Part shown: positions 26,045-38,295 of the stretch, piece after piece | Layout: each line of letters starts with the position of its first letter | Numbering within the stretch: the stretch's first letter is position 1 | DNA from: Marsupella aquatica | Lineage: Eukaryota > Plantae > Marchantiophyta | Direction: 5' to 3' | Assembly (NCBI GenBank): GCA_973895155.1 | Contig: OZ316891.1 | Location: 12,770,771 to 12,834,770 of the forward strand | Length of the DNA: 64,000 bases | Made by a program: the position numbers and the translations under genes | Notes under the pieces: generated by a model | What the model saw: the letters and a program-made list of their open reading frames with translations, nothing else | Told to the model about the DNA's origin: nothing | Database searches by the model: none

Positions 26045-26640
26045 TCCTACAACTATAATATAGGATGACAATTAGATTCTGGCTAATGGGGCATAGAAAA
26101 CTATCCTACAACTATAATATAGAATGACAATTAGATTCTGGCTATGGGGCATGGAAAAGCAAAATTTTGCCAAAAGTGGAGACTACTTTTTGGAGAGGTG
26201 TAATTTTTTTGAAGAGGTGTAATTTAGCCAAAAATTGACACTCAGAAAAACTCTGGGTTTTTGGCTGAGCTATGTTCAGCTATGTGATGGGGGCCCAAAA
26301 GATACTTTTGTCAAAGATACATACGGACTGCAATACTGGATTTCTATACAGTTTCCCTTGTTTTAAAAGACCAAACAAAAACCAATGTGTTGTATTCAGG
26401 CAAGATCATGAGGGCTTATGTATGTATAGGAAAGAGATGAGGGGAACATTCAATGATTTGTCTTTTGTTCATTTTCACTTTGTTCAATCTAGTGTGACCA
26501 AACCACTGTTTTTTTTAGTGGCCAAAATTAGCCTCCACAAAAATCTTTTGTCACTTTTGGCAAAAATTTGCTACTATTTTGCAGTCTCAATAGCCAGTGT
26601 TCCACCTAATCCCAGGCCCATTAGCCAGAATCTAACAGGA
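26045..26640. mobile_element. Fold-back/MITE-like element
   Basis: Perfect 19-bp inverted pair at 26072-26090 and 26617-26635; second inverted pair at about 26159-26178 and 26552-26571; ~60-bp tandem duplication at the left end. Confidence 0.55.
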
Positions 26641-26700
26641 GATTTGATGGGTAGTAAAATAATTGAATATGGAATCTTTTGAGCATCTTCTCCTTCTACA

Positions 26701-26897
26701 CTCTGGCGAAAAAGAGAAATCCTTAAAAAATACGCTGGACCAAATCCCCTTTGGTCACTTACATTCGCCACTAGCGAAAAAGGGAAATCCTTAAAAAATA
26801 CGCTGGACCAAATCCCCTTTGGTCACTTACATTCGCCACTCTGGCGAAAAAGGGAAATCCTAAAAAAATTAGCTGGACCAAACCCCCTTTGGTCACG
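26701..26897. repeat. ~69-bp tandem repeat (about 2.8 copies) with internal hairpins
   Basis: Unit ctctggcgaaaaagggaaatccttaaaaaatacgctggaccaaatcccctttggtcacttacattcgcca. Confidence 0.9.
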
Positions 26898-27273
26898 GGC
26901 CTGGTACTCTGGGCGTCAGCCTCAAGTGAATCTCCAGTCACGTGAGTAGTCATGAGTTTCTTGCACGCGAGTCACGTCCAAGCCAAGCATGTTCGACGCC
27001 ATGTTCGGTGGCTCGTTAATTTGAAGAAATAGCTTTCAGATGGCTGTGCCGCGGTTGCTCGACTGCTCTGATGCTCCACTGCTACTGTGATGACATGTCT
27101 AGGTTTTCTTCTAATCCTCAACACTCGCCTCCTCTCGCGACGTTGTCGTGCTCACTTGCAGTTGAGACCTCATCGATTCCTGTGAGATTTGCGTTCTTCT
27201 CGCATTGCGGACCCGCTGCTGCTGTTTGTGATATCGAGGGAGTAAACTGCCGATTCCCAAACAGCGGTGCTCA

Positions 27274-29615
27274 ATGGTGTGTTTTTCAGCCTCTTTCGGT
27301 CAATTGGCCGTCCGTCCTGTGTCCCTCGTTTGTGTTGATGTCCTGTCGTCGCCCCCTTCCGCATTGTTGCGTTTGTGAGCTTGAGAATCAGGAGACGGCG
27401 ATGCAACTGTGGTTTTAGCAAGGCTGATTAATGTCACTTCTAGACGTCACCCGAGAGCAGCTTGTTTGATGTTGGACTGCGTTGGTGTTATGTGACTTGG
27501 ATGTCTTTTTCCTGGAACAATGTCCACTCGGAACGGTCTCTGCATCGAGAGAAAAGTATATATGACCATTCAAGGGAGTTTGTAGATGCAAGGTCGCCAC
27601 TGTCGCATTCATGCTCCTTTGCTGCTGATTTGCGATCATGGCCTGCAAAATATAATTGTTGTGGTGCCCCTGGCTCCAACACTGTTTATATCATTCTTTC
27701 CGTCTTATTATCTTGGGACATTTCCTTGGCAGGCAAATACTTTAAGGCCCTACCTGACATGCATCCGAAATACGCTTACGGCAGCCATGTGTCTACAGGT
27801 ATACATCCTTTTTGTAGTTGATGGAGCCTCGTTGTGATTCTCATTGAGTAGCAATAGGAAAACTGAGTTTTGGATGGAAATGCAGAACTTTCCTTGTCAG
27901 GAGGTCGAGAGACACAACAAACCCGAGGTCGAATTCAAGTAAGCCACCCCACGCCGAAATAATTTTTCTATTCGGGGACCGCTGCTTCTGATTCCGTTTG
28001 GAGCCAGTCCTGTGCACCATATCTATATTGAAATTCGATACAGTCACTTTCATACTGCTTCAACATTTTCAGGGCAGATAGATTGTTCTTCCTTTGCGGA
28101 TGCACTAGGCATTAACAAATCCAGTAGGAGCTGAAGAGCAATTTTTACTGACACTCACAGTTTCTGTTCCTATCAAATGCAGGACAAGTCCCGAACTTCT
28201 CCTCAATCCCGTATGTCCATACGTTCGTTCTTCCTTATGTGCTTCACGTAGAGATCTGCGGACTCTAAAGTGAATTCAGCCATTCTTTCCATTTTTCTTG
28301 AAGTAATCTGGCGTGATTCACTTTCGAGAATTTGTACAGATGTCCCCTCAGAATGTTTCGTTCTATCCTATCCTTCTATTTATAACTGAACTATTGCGCG
28401 ACTGGTCAGGTCCTCATATGCAGAAATGAAGCAGAAAAATGTTTGATAGAAGCCTCTGTCAATTCTATTCGCATTAGTATCAAGGTTGGCGGTCCATCTC
28501 CTCATAACTGAATATCTTACGAGTAGGCCTTGCCTTCTTCAGACTTTCAAACTTGTATGTTTTTGTGAAGCTGGCAATGTAAATGCTCTGAGGTCTTATT
28601 TTTGCTGACGTAGTCTAGTGCTCCCGGTAGATGTTGCCTGCAGTAGGGATTTTCGTCTTGCTTGAGGAGTTCATAATGGGTTGGCATCGCATTAGAATGT
28701 AGGGCTCACCCAACAGATGTATTAGTGGGGGCCTTACATTCTTTCGGTTATGGTCTGTTGATGTTGTGATGTTGAGGTCAATTTCAGGGAACAGACCTAA
28801 GTACACACAGGTCATTAAGCAGAATAATGTTCTTGCTGACATCGTTCATGGTCTGAAGGTAAAACAAGCTGATGAACTCGAAAACATCTTGGCTAAGAAG
28901 TTTTTGCGCTTTTTGTCCATGCGGGCTGAGTCGTTTCAAGTTTTACGACGGAAACCTGTTCAGGTCTGACCGTGCGTCACAATTGATGATATCATCTATT
29001 GGCTCATCTGTTTGGAGATGTGATTATTAGCCTTTGGAATTTGGCCAGTCCTTGTTCCACATAAAAGATTTTTGACACCTTCTTAATTTCGACTTGCCTT
29101 TTGATATTAGTCTTATGGCTGGCTGGCTGTCGATAGTTTTGACATATTCTGCACATCATTGGACACTTCTGCAGGGATACGACATAAGCTTTTTGGTCAC
29201 AAATTTTCACTGCGAGGAGATGTTCAAACATAAGTTGATCGATTTTATCATCGCCTTTATGGAGGTTTGTATCTGCTCACGTTGCATGTATGAAATCTTA
29301 GAAGGATTCTAGGTCTACCGTGGACTTATCACTTGCAAATTTCCGATCTTTTACATCAGCAATACTCACAATATCAACAAATCAAGTAAAATCACGAAAT
29401 AGACTATTCATTACTGAATATGTCATTTTGTAGGTTCTACAGCTATGAACAAAATGGAAGAGAATTGCCTGTTTTAAGAGCCCATGACTCTTGCTTGTGA
29501 CTGAAGTCGTGACAACTCTTTGCAGGATATTGATAAAGAAATCAGTGAGCTGAAGCTGTCTGTGAACACAAGGGGTCGCCTGGTCGCAGCTGAATTCCTT
29601 CGGCAGTTTATTTGA
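27274..29615 (+). CDS. ARPC4: Actin-related protein 2/3 complex subunit 4, 169 aa; join(27274..27276,27733..27798,27886..27938,28183..28210,28410..28484,28859..28963,29175..29264,29526..29615)
   Basis: Spliced product [169 protein letters not shown]. All introns are GT-AG. The position of the ATG-only first exon is inferred. Confidence 0.96.
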
Positions 29616-32600
29616 GGACTCCACTTAAGTAAATGTCGCAACCAATATGGGTAATTACTCCTAGTAATATCTCTGTTTGCATTATTTCGTCTCAATCTGT
29701 GTGTTCCAAAAACGAAGCTATGTGAACCGCATCCGAGTCGTTTCAGAAGCCTGTTGGGCAGTGCAAACCTTCAGGGAGGAGAAGGAGGTAGCTAGTTCCA
29801 AGAACACAGGGACGTATGACGACGAAGACAAAGGTTTTTCCATCCCGTGACGATTTGGACTTCTCGTGCATGTGGCGTGAACCCGATTTTGTGCAAACCC
29901 GTGCCTCTCCAAATCTACAAACTTTGGTAGGCAAAAATTCTGCAGGTTTAGCATCAAGGTCTCCAACGTTGTTTAATGATGTTCCTTCTCCTTGGGTTCA
30001 GCAGTTTGACGATATGTCTGGAGGAGATTCATATCCTTCTCGTTGGCTTTAAAACCTTGCAGTCACATGACTCCAGGTACATATCAAACCCTCGTTGGCT
30101 TTAAAATCTTACATTCATAGTAGCGTTTGAAGTTCGCTGGCCAATTGGGTTGTGTTTGTCCGTTGCTTTACAACCCTACGACTTATGCCATCGTGGTCGA
30201 TGTTGAATCGTTGCTACCGAAAAGTGGACATAGTAGACAAGAAGGTTCAACAGTAGTGTTGACACAATTTCGAGACCTCTCAATAGGCTCTTAGTTCGCC
30301 TTGGGAAGCTGTGGTCTTGAGTGGTGTCTTCTTTCGGTCATTTGCAACTGTAAGCCATGTTGATATTTGTTACTTGACCACTTGCAGGATTTTACCTCGG
30401 GGGTAAGTTAACTTTTGCTTTAGCTTGTGCCTATGCTCTCAAAACCTAAAGCTGCAGGTGTGTCAAGATAGTCGGAACTTAAATATAGCTCTTTTATGGT
30501 TCCAATAATAATTTGATCTGCTAAATGGTACCTTCAATATCAAACGGATTGGATTTAGAATGCAAGGATTTCCGGTTATGTACAAGGAATTCAACACTTC
30601 CAACTGCGTTTAGCACAAGTCTTGGCTAGCTAAATTTGATATTCACACAAGTTAGCGGTCCACACTCATTCCTAGCCCACGCGAAAATACTGTTATCAAT
30701 GAAGCAGTCACAATGCTCACACCTCGCTTTGAGCTGAAGTGAGTTTTCAGGAGTCTTTTGGTTCATGATACTTCTTGATCCAGATTGCAGTGACACCTTC
30801 AGAACCATCAAAATCGTGAAGATACCAGAAATTCTCCAGAAATTGTCTAAGAAGGAGATGGAATTAGGCATGTTTATCCTGATGTGGTATTCAGATGACT
30901 AAAGGTGGCAAGTGCCCCAAATATTTGCCTCAGTTTCTCAGCAATACTCATTTGCAATTGCCTCAAGGCCCGTTCGATGAATGACTCTTCAGGGCTAGAT
31001 ATTTTGTTTTGACTTCAATCGCAAACAATGATTGCAAGGTTTGGATGGAGATCCCCATCTAAGTTCTTTTGCCACTTTTAATCTGGGAAAGGAGACGAGC
31101 TTTGTCAATATCAGCAAGGGGTCAAAAACAACCTGAGAAAAGGATCAAGACGCCAACTGCACCATGGCAAGGGAAACGGGGGACTGAGCTCTCCCACCCT
31201 CCTGAGAAGGAACCAAACCTAATCAGCCCATGAGGCCCTCATCAAAACCATAACCGTGGTAATGGTCAAGTGTTTAACCAAATGCTTCTGCCCCCCTTCT
31301 ATCCCTTCACAGCCTTGCTGTGCAGGCCAATCGTCTTATTTCCTGGCTACTGAGCTTACTGCTCTCGCTAGATATATTTACCCGTTTGAGCTTATTACTC
31401 TCCACGGTGCAGAAAAGAAGCCCCGTGGCATTAAACGTTGTCCAAAATACTTGCAACTCACATGGGCTTTCAACAAACGTTGAAGTGTGCTCCTGTTCCC
31501 TTGTTGAAATGTGCTACTGTTCCCTTGTGACGTGCAAGGTTCTCCTAACTTTTGAGACAACTTTCTGAACTCCTTTGAATTCTCTGGTTGTCAATCCCTA
31601 CTGGATTGCAGTAGGTCATAGATTTCTGCATCTGTTTCCTACCCGTTAAGGTGCCTCTTTGCTGAGCACAGCTTAGATGACATTTATTAGTATTTTGAAA
31701 TGAACTATTGTAGTTTCATTGTTTCCTTTTGTTCCAGTTGTCTTTCTCATTGGGAGGTGAAGAAAGGTAAATTGGAGGCCTCTGCTTCCCTCGAGTAGTG
31801 ATCTAATTGTGGGAGCACTTGGGTGCTTTTTAGCCGTCTCCAAGATTTTCGTTTGTTGAATAAAAAACATATCTGGAAATAAAATTAAAGGTTAATTCCA
31901 GTCCTGTTTTGAAAATTTAGATGAAAGCTCCAAAATCAATAGAAAAGCCAAAAGAATGGAAAAATTCATGCAATGGTTGGTATCAGTATATGAGCCAGAA
32001 ATCTTTGCGTTTGATTCTAATTTAACTATCATGTAAAATTTAGACAGCTCAATGCACGTACGACATCTTGAAGATTAACCAGCCAAATGATGGCTCAAAA
32101 TAATGTTTATTTATGGCACAAATAATCGCCCGGTCATTTGAGACAATGAAGCAATGAAGACTCGAAGTGTCCAAGAAACCAAAGCCTGCTCAATTATTAT
32201 AGGGTTTTTATTGAGAATAATAATTATCAAAATGAAATACTTGAATACATGTTTATCATGCGCATACATAATGGACTAGATAATAACTTTTGAAATAATT
32301 CCGCCAGACATACAAACGAATAATATCTGCAGCAGGATACTGGCATTTAATTCATCTTGGCCATCACATATGAGGCTCCCCTTACACAATGCCATGAGCA
32401 GTTGAGCACTGTGTTCACAAAGTAAATACGTCTCGAAATAACGGGAACCTTGTTTCTATAATAAAATGGTGAGAATCTCAATCTCCGTTCACATTCAAAC
32501 CGTGTCTTCAATAAACGGTATATAGCTACATCATTCTAGTGCTTCACTATTTTAGCTTATTGAAAAATATATAAAAACTAAGTTAATACTATCATTTCTA

Positions 32601-32829
32601 AATTTAAAATACAAATTTTACATAAGATAATGGAAATATAAAGTAACCATAAAACTTGCAATTATGAAGAGCATGTGCATTGAAGCCCATTGAAAAATCT
32701 CAAACTATGTGCCCAGGACAGGGAGGCTTGGCCCAAGAGGAGGTTGTTGGTCATGGGAATGTCAAAATGATTTCTGTGTTAAATCTAATTAAGGAACAAC
32801 ATTTGTTCAATACATCTGCACTGCTCAAC

Positions 32830-33175
32830 TTAATTAGTGTGACTAACACTAATTTGAGAGCGCCCATTTTCAAGGTCTACTCGTGAATTAGTGTTAATCA
32901 CACTAATTAATTTTGTGCTAACACTATTTTTGCGTACATGAATTAGTGTTATCATGGTCTTAAGAGTGGTAAAATAAAGAGAAAAAAACTATTTTGGAAA
33001 ATACACAACAATTAGTGTTATTTTGGACCAAAGATCATCCATTTTTTACAAGCAATTTAAACTAAAGTGAAAAAAATCTGTTTTGAAAACCAACAAAAAT
33101 TAGTGTTACTTGGACTCAAAATCATTTTTACCAAAATTAGTGTTAGTAACACTAATTTTATACTAACACTAATTC
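32830..33175. repeat. Array of palindromic AATTAGTGTTA/TAACACTAATT motifs (probable DNA-transposon subterminal repeats)
   Basis: 24/25-bp inverted pair at 32830-32854 and 32886-32910; motif recurs at about 32941, 33010, 33098 and 33135. Confidence 0.65.
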
Positions 33176-33208
33176 TTGCATAACAGTAATTACGGTGAAC
33201 AGTTTATG

Positions 33209-33261
33209 TGATGCAGTGGTAGAGGAGTCTAGTTTGAAGCTTGAGGTCATGGGTTCAAATC
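33209..33261 (+). mobile_element. tRNA-derived SINE-like head (Pol III A/B boxes)
   Basis: A-box-like TGATGCAGTGG and B-box GGTTCAAATC at tRNA-like spacing; no cloverleaf. Confidence 0.4.
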
Positions 33262-33439
33262 AGTAATAATTTTTCTTTTCCCTCCAATTCACGGCAGAGA
33301 AAAGGTGGCACAGAAAATTTCCATTTCCCTCCAATTAATGGCAGAGAAAAGGTGGCACATAAATAAATAAACTTAAAGGGGTTCAATCAATTTCTACATT
33401 GAAATAATATATGGAACTAGCTCAATACCCATGCGTTGC

Positions 33440-34000
33440 ACAAAAGAAATCATGTCGGCCAAGATGTCGGTGAGAAAAAAAATGTGGTGTTGGCCAAGAG
33501 GTCATTGAGAGAAAAATGTCGTGTCGGCCAAGAGGTCGTGGAGGGAAAAGATGTTGTGTCGGCCAAGAGGTCGTTGAGAGAAAAGAAGTCGTTGAGAAAA
33601 AAGATGTCGTGTCGGCCAAGATGTCATTGAGAAAAAAAATGTCGTGACGGCCAAGATGTCGTTGAGAAAAACTTGTCATGTCGGCAACCCAGTCAGCAAA
33701 AACATCATTGAGGGAATTAAACAATGTCGTGTCTGCCAAGACATCGTTGAGTGAAAATACTTGTACGTTGCACAAAAGATGTCGTGTCACCCAAGATGTT
33801 GTTATGTGAAAGATGTCATGAAGTAAAAAGATGTCGTTAAGAAGTCATTTTGCCAAAGATGCCATTATGTGAAAGATGTTGATAAGAAAAAGGTGTCATT
33901 TTGCCAAAGATATCGTGAAGTAAAAGATGTTATAGAAACTAGGTGCCGTTTCACCCAAGTTGTCGTTATGTGAAAGATATTATGAAGTAAAAAGTCAAGG
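33440..34000. repeat. Degenerate ~33-bp minisatellite (ATGTCGTGTCGGCCAAGAGGTCGTTGAGAGAAAA)
   Basis: About 10 or more progressively decaying copies. Confidence 0.85.
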
Positions 34001-35409
34001 AGGGAAAAACAAGTCTTTTTCTTTGTTTTGTTTTTTACCCAAAATGCCCTTGCATTTGAATGGCAACCACTCTATACATTGGCGCAACGTTATATTATCG
34101 GTTTCAGGTTTTAGGGTTTAGCAAAGATGACCATTCTGTTGCTATCCTTTCAATCCCTGTGCGTTGCATAAAAGATGATGTTTGGTTAAAGATATTGTTG
34201 AGAAATAGATCATGATGCAAAAGATATCGTTGAATAAAAAATCAATTTGTTAAAATATATTTTGCACAAATACTTTTGTTGAGGCCATAAAAATACACCC
34301 ATAAAAGTTCCCTTTTTTGTTTTTTGTTTTTTGGCCTTGCACAAAAAAATTCTTGTATGGAATATATATGGGGGGTTGAAATAATTCCCAGATAGAAAAA
34401 ATACAAGGAAGCCAGCCATGGGAGGCCCAAATTAAAATTAAAATAATCACCAAAACAAATTGGAGTTGGGAGACTGAAACAGGGATGCACCATAAGGGGA
34501 AGTCGGAACTACTTGGTTTATTTTGCTTTATACATGTATTTAATGTTGTACAGAGGAGCTTCCTGTAGTAGCAATTGTTTTTTTTTGGAGTATCCCAATA
34601 AAGTGTTAAAGCACCACTGTCCATGACCAAACCTGGTTACACCAATTCAGGTTTCACCATTTTTAGTACCCTGTTCTTAAAATTATGGAGCAAAGTCTCA
34701 TGCTAGAAGAGAGAAATATGAAAAAGTGAGGAGTCTTGGACATTTCTCCTTTTATATGGACAGTGTTGGTTTAATTCAATTCAGAGAATTTTGGCTTAAT
34801 GTGGACTTATTAATTTGGACTTGTATTGTATTTGTAGGACTCCACATGGCCAGCAAGTCCAAAAATTAAGTTTTCTAAAAACAATGACAAAGGTTTTGGT
34901 TTAACCAAGGTGTGTTTATTTAGCGTGTTTTGCCCGTATGAGAATACAAATGTCACGGCGACTAAATTTTATCCTCGCAAATGTCCTGTTTGCTGGCATG
35001 GTACTCATTATTACTCCTTCTTGCTGGTAGAGCAAAATAATAAATAATGCTGGTGCCTAATGAACCGGTAATGAGTGAGGTGAAGTGCAGAAAGTACGGT
35101 ACGCTTCTGTATTGCAATGATTGATTGACTGACGTACCAATATCCTTGTACAAAATACACCCATACTACATTTAGATACGTCTTTGCGCGTGCATGACAA
35201 TGCGGTAGTAGAGGAGGCTGTGTACAGTACATCTGTCTAAGCGCACACTCCATAAGCACAGTACCTAGTTAAGTGCAGAGCATCCTATTCTTCCTATTTC
35301 ATTTTTGCATGGAATAATCTCTTTTTTGAACATCTATTCTAAGCGCACACAGGCTTGGAACATTTCACTAAGCTACAAATTTACACTCGATTACCCTCAA
35401 TTAGTGTCT

Positions 35410-35818
35410 CCATGCACTTATCAAAAAAACACACAGTCCCTTAAAAATTGTATTTAGTGATAAATGCATACCCATGCTTAGTAGAGTTAGAAATGCACTT
35501 AGTGAATTTAAGCACAGAAGAAAGCGCAAGGATAAGAGGTACGAGGTTAAGTGCAATTTGTAGGGGGTGTGGGCTTATCAATGAATGTAACACCTGGTTT
35601 AGTTTGAATGAAGGGATGGATATCATATACACTTATTGATAAGTGCACTTTTTAGGGGGTGTGCACTTATCAAGGAATGTACCACCTGGTTTAGTTTTAA
35701 TGGAGGGGCCCATAACACATTGAACTAAGGGATGTAAATCATATACACTTATCTATAAGTGCACTTTTTAGGGGGTGTGCGCTTATCAAGGAATGTAACA
35801 ACTGGTTTAGTGCATGCT
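35410..35818. mobile_element. Fold-back/MITE-like element with internal tandem repeats
   Basis: Termini catgcact...agtgcatg; three copies of aagtgca.ttt.tagggggtgtg..cttatcaa.gaatgta.ca.ctggtttagt. Confidence 0.55.
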
Positions 35819-37326
35819 GGATCCGTCTTCATGAGAGCGTGCAGTTAGAGAGAGTGAACTGTAGTACCGTAGGCGCAGTAGCTTGGGGGCCACCGTTCAT
35901 CGACCAGTCTAAGCTCTGAAGCCCTGCTTGCGGATAAGTCATAAATAATGAAGGCTCTCTGCTGTACCGATTCACCGATTCACCAGTTGCAGAGATTGAT
36001 TTCATCATCAAGAACGACAGAAAGCAGTGGAGAAGGTTCCCAATTATGGAACAGGATTGAAGACGGACACAGTACGATTGCTTTAGACCGCAGTCTGGAG
36101 CTGATTGAGTCATTGAGAGAAGTCAGAGGCGTCGCTCAACACACGGAAGCAGTAGCCGCATCGGAACATGATTGTGTATATATTCCACACGCCATCATGC
36201 GCAGGCCGCAGAAACACGACCGTAGGTAGCTGAGAAATACGTAACTTAGGGCAGCTGACCGGAGAGAGAGAGAGTCCCTAAGGGCTGCGCGCTGCTACGA
36301 AGATTGGAAATGCCGGAGAAACGAACTCTGTTGTGCGAGGAGAGATTGTAGGTAACTTGTCCGCCTCACTTCGTACACCGCATAATATACTGTAATCCTA
36401 CTGTAGTCGTCGAGTCCCGAGCCGGTCAGGCGCGTGCGGTGGAACAGAATGACAGAAATCTTCGGAAAAAACTATCGATCTCGTGGTGCTCATGGCATCA
36501 TGACGATGAGAGTTACGGCGGGCATCCGGTCCTGTCCTGAAGAGCCTCTGGTGGTTGGGTACAGGACTGCGGTACGTAGTTGCATTGCTATGCCCAATGA
36601 ACGAGTAAAAAGATAGGCATACGAGCGCAGTCCTCTCCGTCTTTCTCTCCGAGATTGCCTCCGCTCAGGAGGCTGGTCCCTCCCTCCGGCATGATTGTGC
36701 CAAGGTACAATTCCAACCATACCTCGTTATTACCTGGAGCTAAACATTGCTGCTTCCTCCCGGCCTACATATACACACACTATCATTCGTTCATGGCTCT
36801 AGATCCCTGCCTGCCTGTCCGTAGTACACTGACCTATCACCAAGTTTGAAGCAAGTTTTTCATGTTCCGAATGGAGAACTGACGAGGCGCCAGGGTCTTG
36901 GGGGGACAGTGGACTCTTGGCATTGAAGAAGTTGTCATGTCCATTCCTAGTATGGTAGAGGACCGACAAACTCACCGAGTAATCGAGGCAGACCGCTGAG
37001 TTAGTTCATCGATTTTACTGACTTGCAGCCTTCCCGTGTAGAATCTTGTTGGTGGACTGTCACATTTGGAATCGTTTCTCTAAAAACGTAATAGACGAAT
37101 CAGCAGTTGCTTAGCTGTATTTCTTGCAATTGGCGCCATGTCCACGACGGGCAATGAAGTCTCTTCGGCAGGTGCAAGTGTCACTCTTGAGTTGTCATGG
37201 AAGCTTCATTTTCTCAAATGACCAAAAACATTGATTGGTATAGGGCCTTGCTAGTTAAGCTGAGCGATTGACCAGCTTCTCCCCGCTCGGCAATGTCTTT
37301 TTCCTGAATCTCTCAGAGCTCGCAAA

Positions 37327-38295
37327 ATGCCACGTACTACGAGATTGATGGACAATTGCGGCAGTCTGGACTGCAAGGAAGAGGGGCGCGCAAGCAAACA
37401 GATGTTGAGTAACCGTCAAGAGTCATATTTGATCGGAAACTCTGGCTGCAAAGGCAACAGAGAGAAGGATATGTCGCAGGTCTCGTCATCGTCAATTAGC
37501 AGTGGCATGATTCGCGTCATTCACATTTTTGCACCGAAAATTATCAAGACCGACGTAGGGAATTTCCGGGAGCTGGTGCAGAAACTTACAGGCAATACGA
37601 AAAGGTTGAGGTCCGGCAACAAATCTAAACGATCCGCCAAGTCCATTCCCGAGTCCATTACTTCTTCGCCGCCTAGACCGATGCAGATTCTATCACAATA
37701 TTCCGATGCCACGAATTTTTTTGCATCTTCAAGCCGCGTGGAGTACAGCATTCCAAGGTCGCCTGATTCATACTTGTCACCGCCTTCTATACTAGATTTC
37801 GGGCTAGATTTCTACCAGCAGGAACAAGAGGTGAACCTACGTACACGACGGCAGCCATCTTGCATCGACTTCAGCGACATCAGCTCAGATCAAAGTTGCT
37901 GTTCGCCATTCCTATTTGCAGAAGTCACCAGAGGTCGCTTCTACGGCCATCAATCGCAGAAACAAATTTCATTCAATGCCAATTCTAACGATGGCATTGG
38001 GGATGGCATCCCAACCAGTACTATGAGAAGCAGCAGGAGGCAGCAGCAGCAATTGGTGTCGACGTCTACACCAATCATGGTCGATCCTTTCCAAAGTTTG
38101 AGCGGATACAGGGAGAACCTCCGGCCTGCTCAGAGGTCGTCCACAAGCGCTTTCCCTTTGGGTGATGAACTAAGTCACGTGATGTTGACCAACAGATTCA
38201 GCGACATGGACACCCTCACTGGCTTGCATGGTCACGCCTGGACCCCTCCGAAAAATTCCGATGGCGTTGGCCCATCACGTCAACAATTCATCTGA
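37327..38295 (+). CDS. VQ-motif-containing protein (322 aa, intronless)
   Basis: IRVIHIFAPKIIKTDVGNFRELVQKLTG matches the plant FxxhVQxhTG motif. The rest is Ser-rich and probably disordered; a single exon is typical of the family. Confidence 0.9.
   Translation: MPRTTRLMDNCGSLDCKEEGRASKQMLSNRQESYLIGNSGCKGNREKDMSQVSSSSISSGMIRVIHIFAPKIIKTDVGNFRELVQKLTGNTKRLRSGNKSKRSAKSIPESITSSPPRPMQILSQYSDATNFFASSSRVEYSIPRSPDSYLSPPSILDFGLDFYQQEQEVNLRTRRQPSCIDFSDISSDQSCCSPFLFAEVTRGRFYGHQSQKQISFNANSNDGIGDGIPTSTMRSSRRQQQQLVSTSTPIMVDPFQSLSGYRENLRPAQRSSTSAFPLGDELSHVMLTNRFSDMDTLTGLHGHAWTPPKNSDGVGPSRQQFI

Noticed and set aside
26701-26897. CRISPR-like array of hairpin repeats
   Set aside because: The intervening sequences are near-identical rather than unique spacers, there are no cas genes, and the context is eukaryotic.
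36660-36685. miR390-like sequence (gctcaggagg)
   Set aside because: Only about 10 nt match and there is no precursor hairpin.
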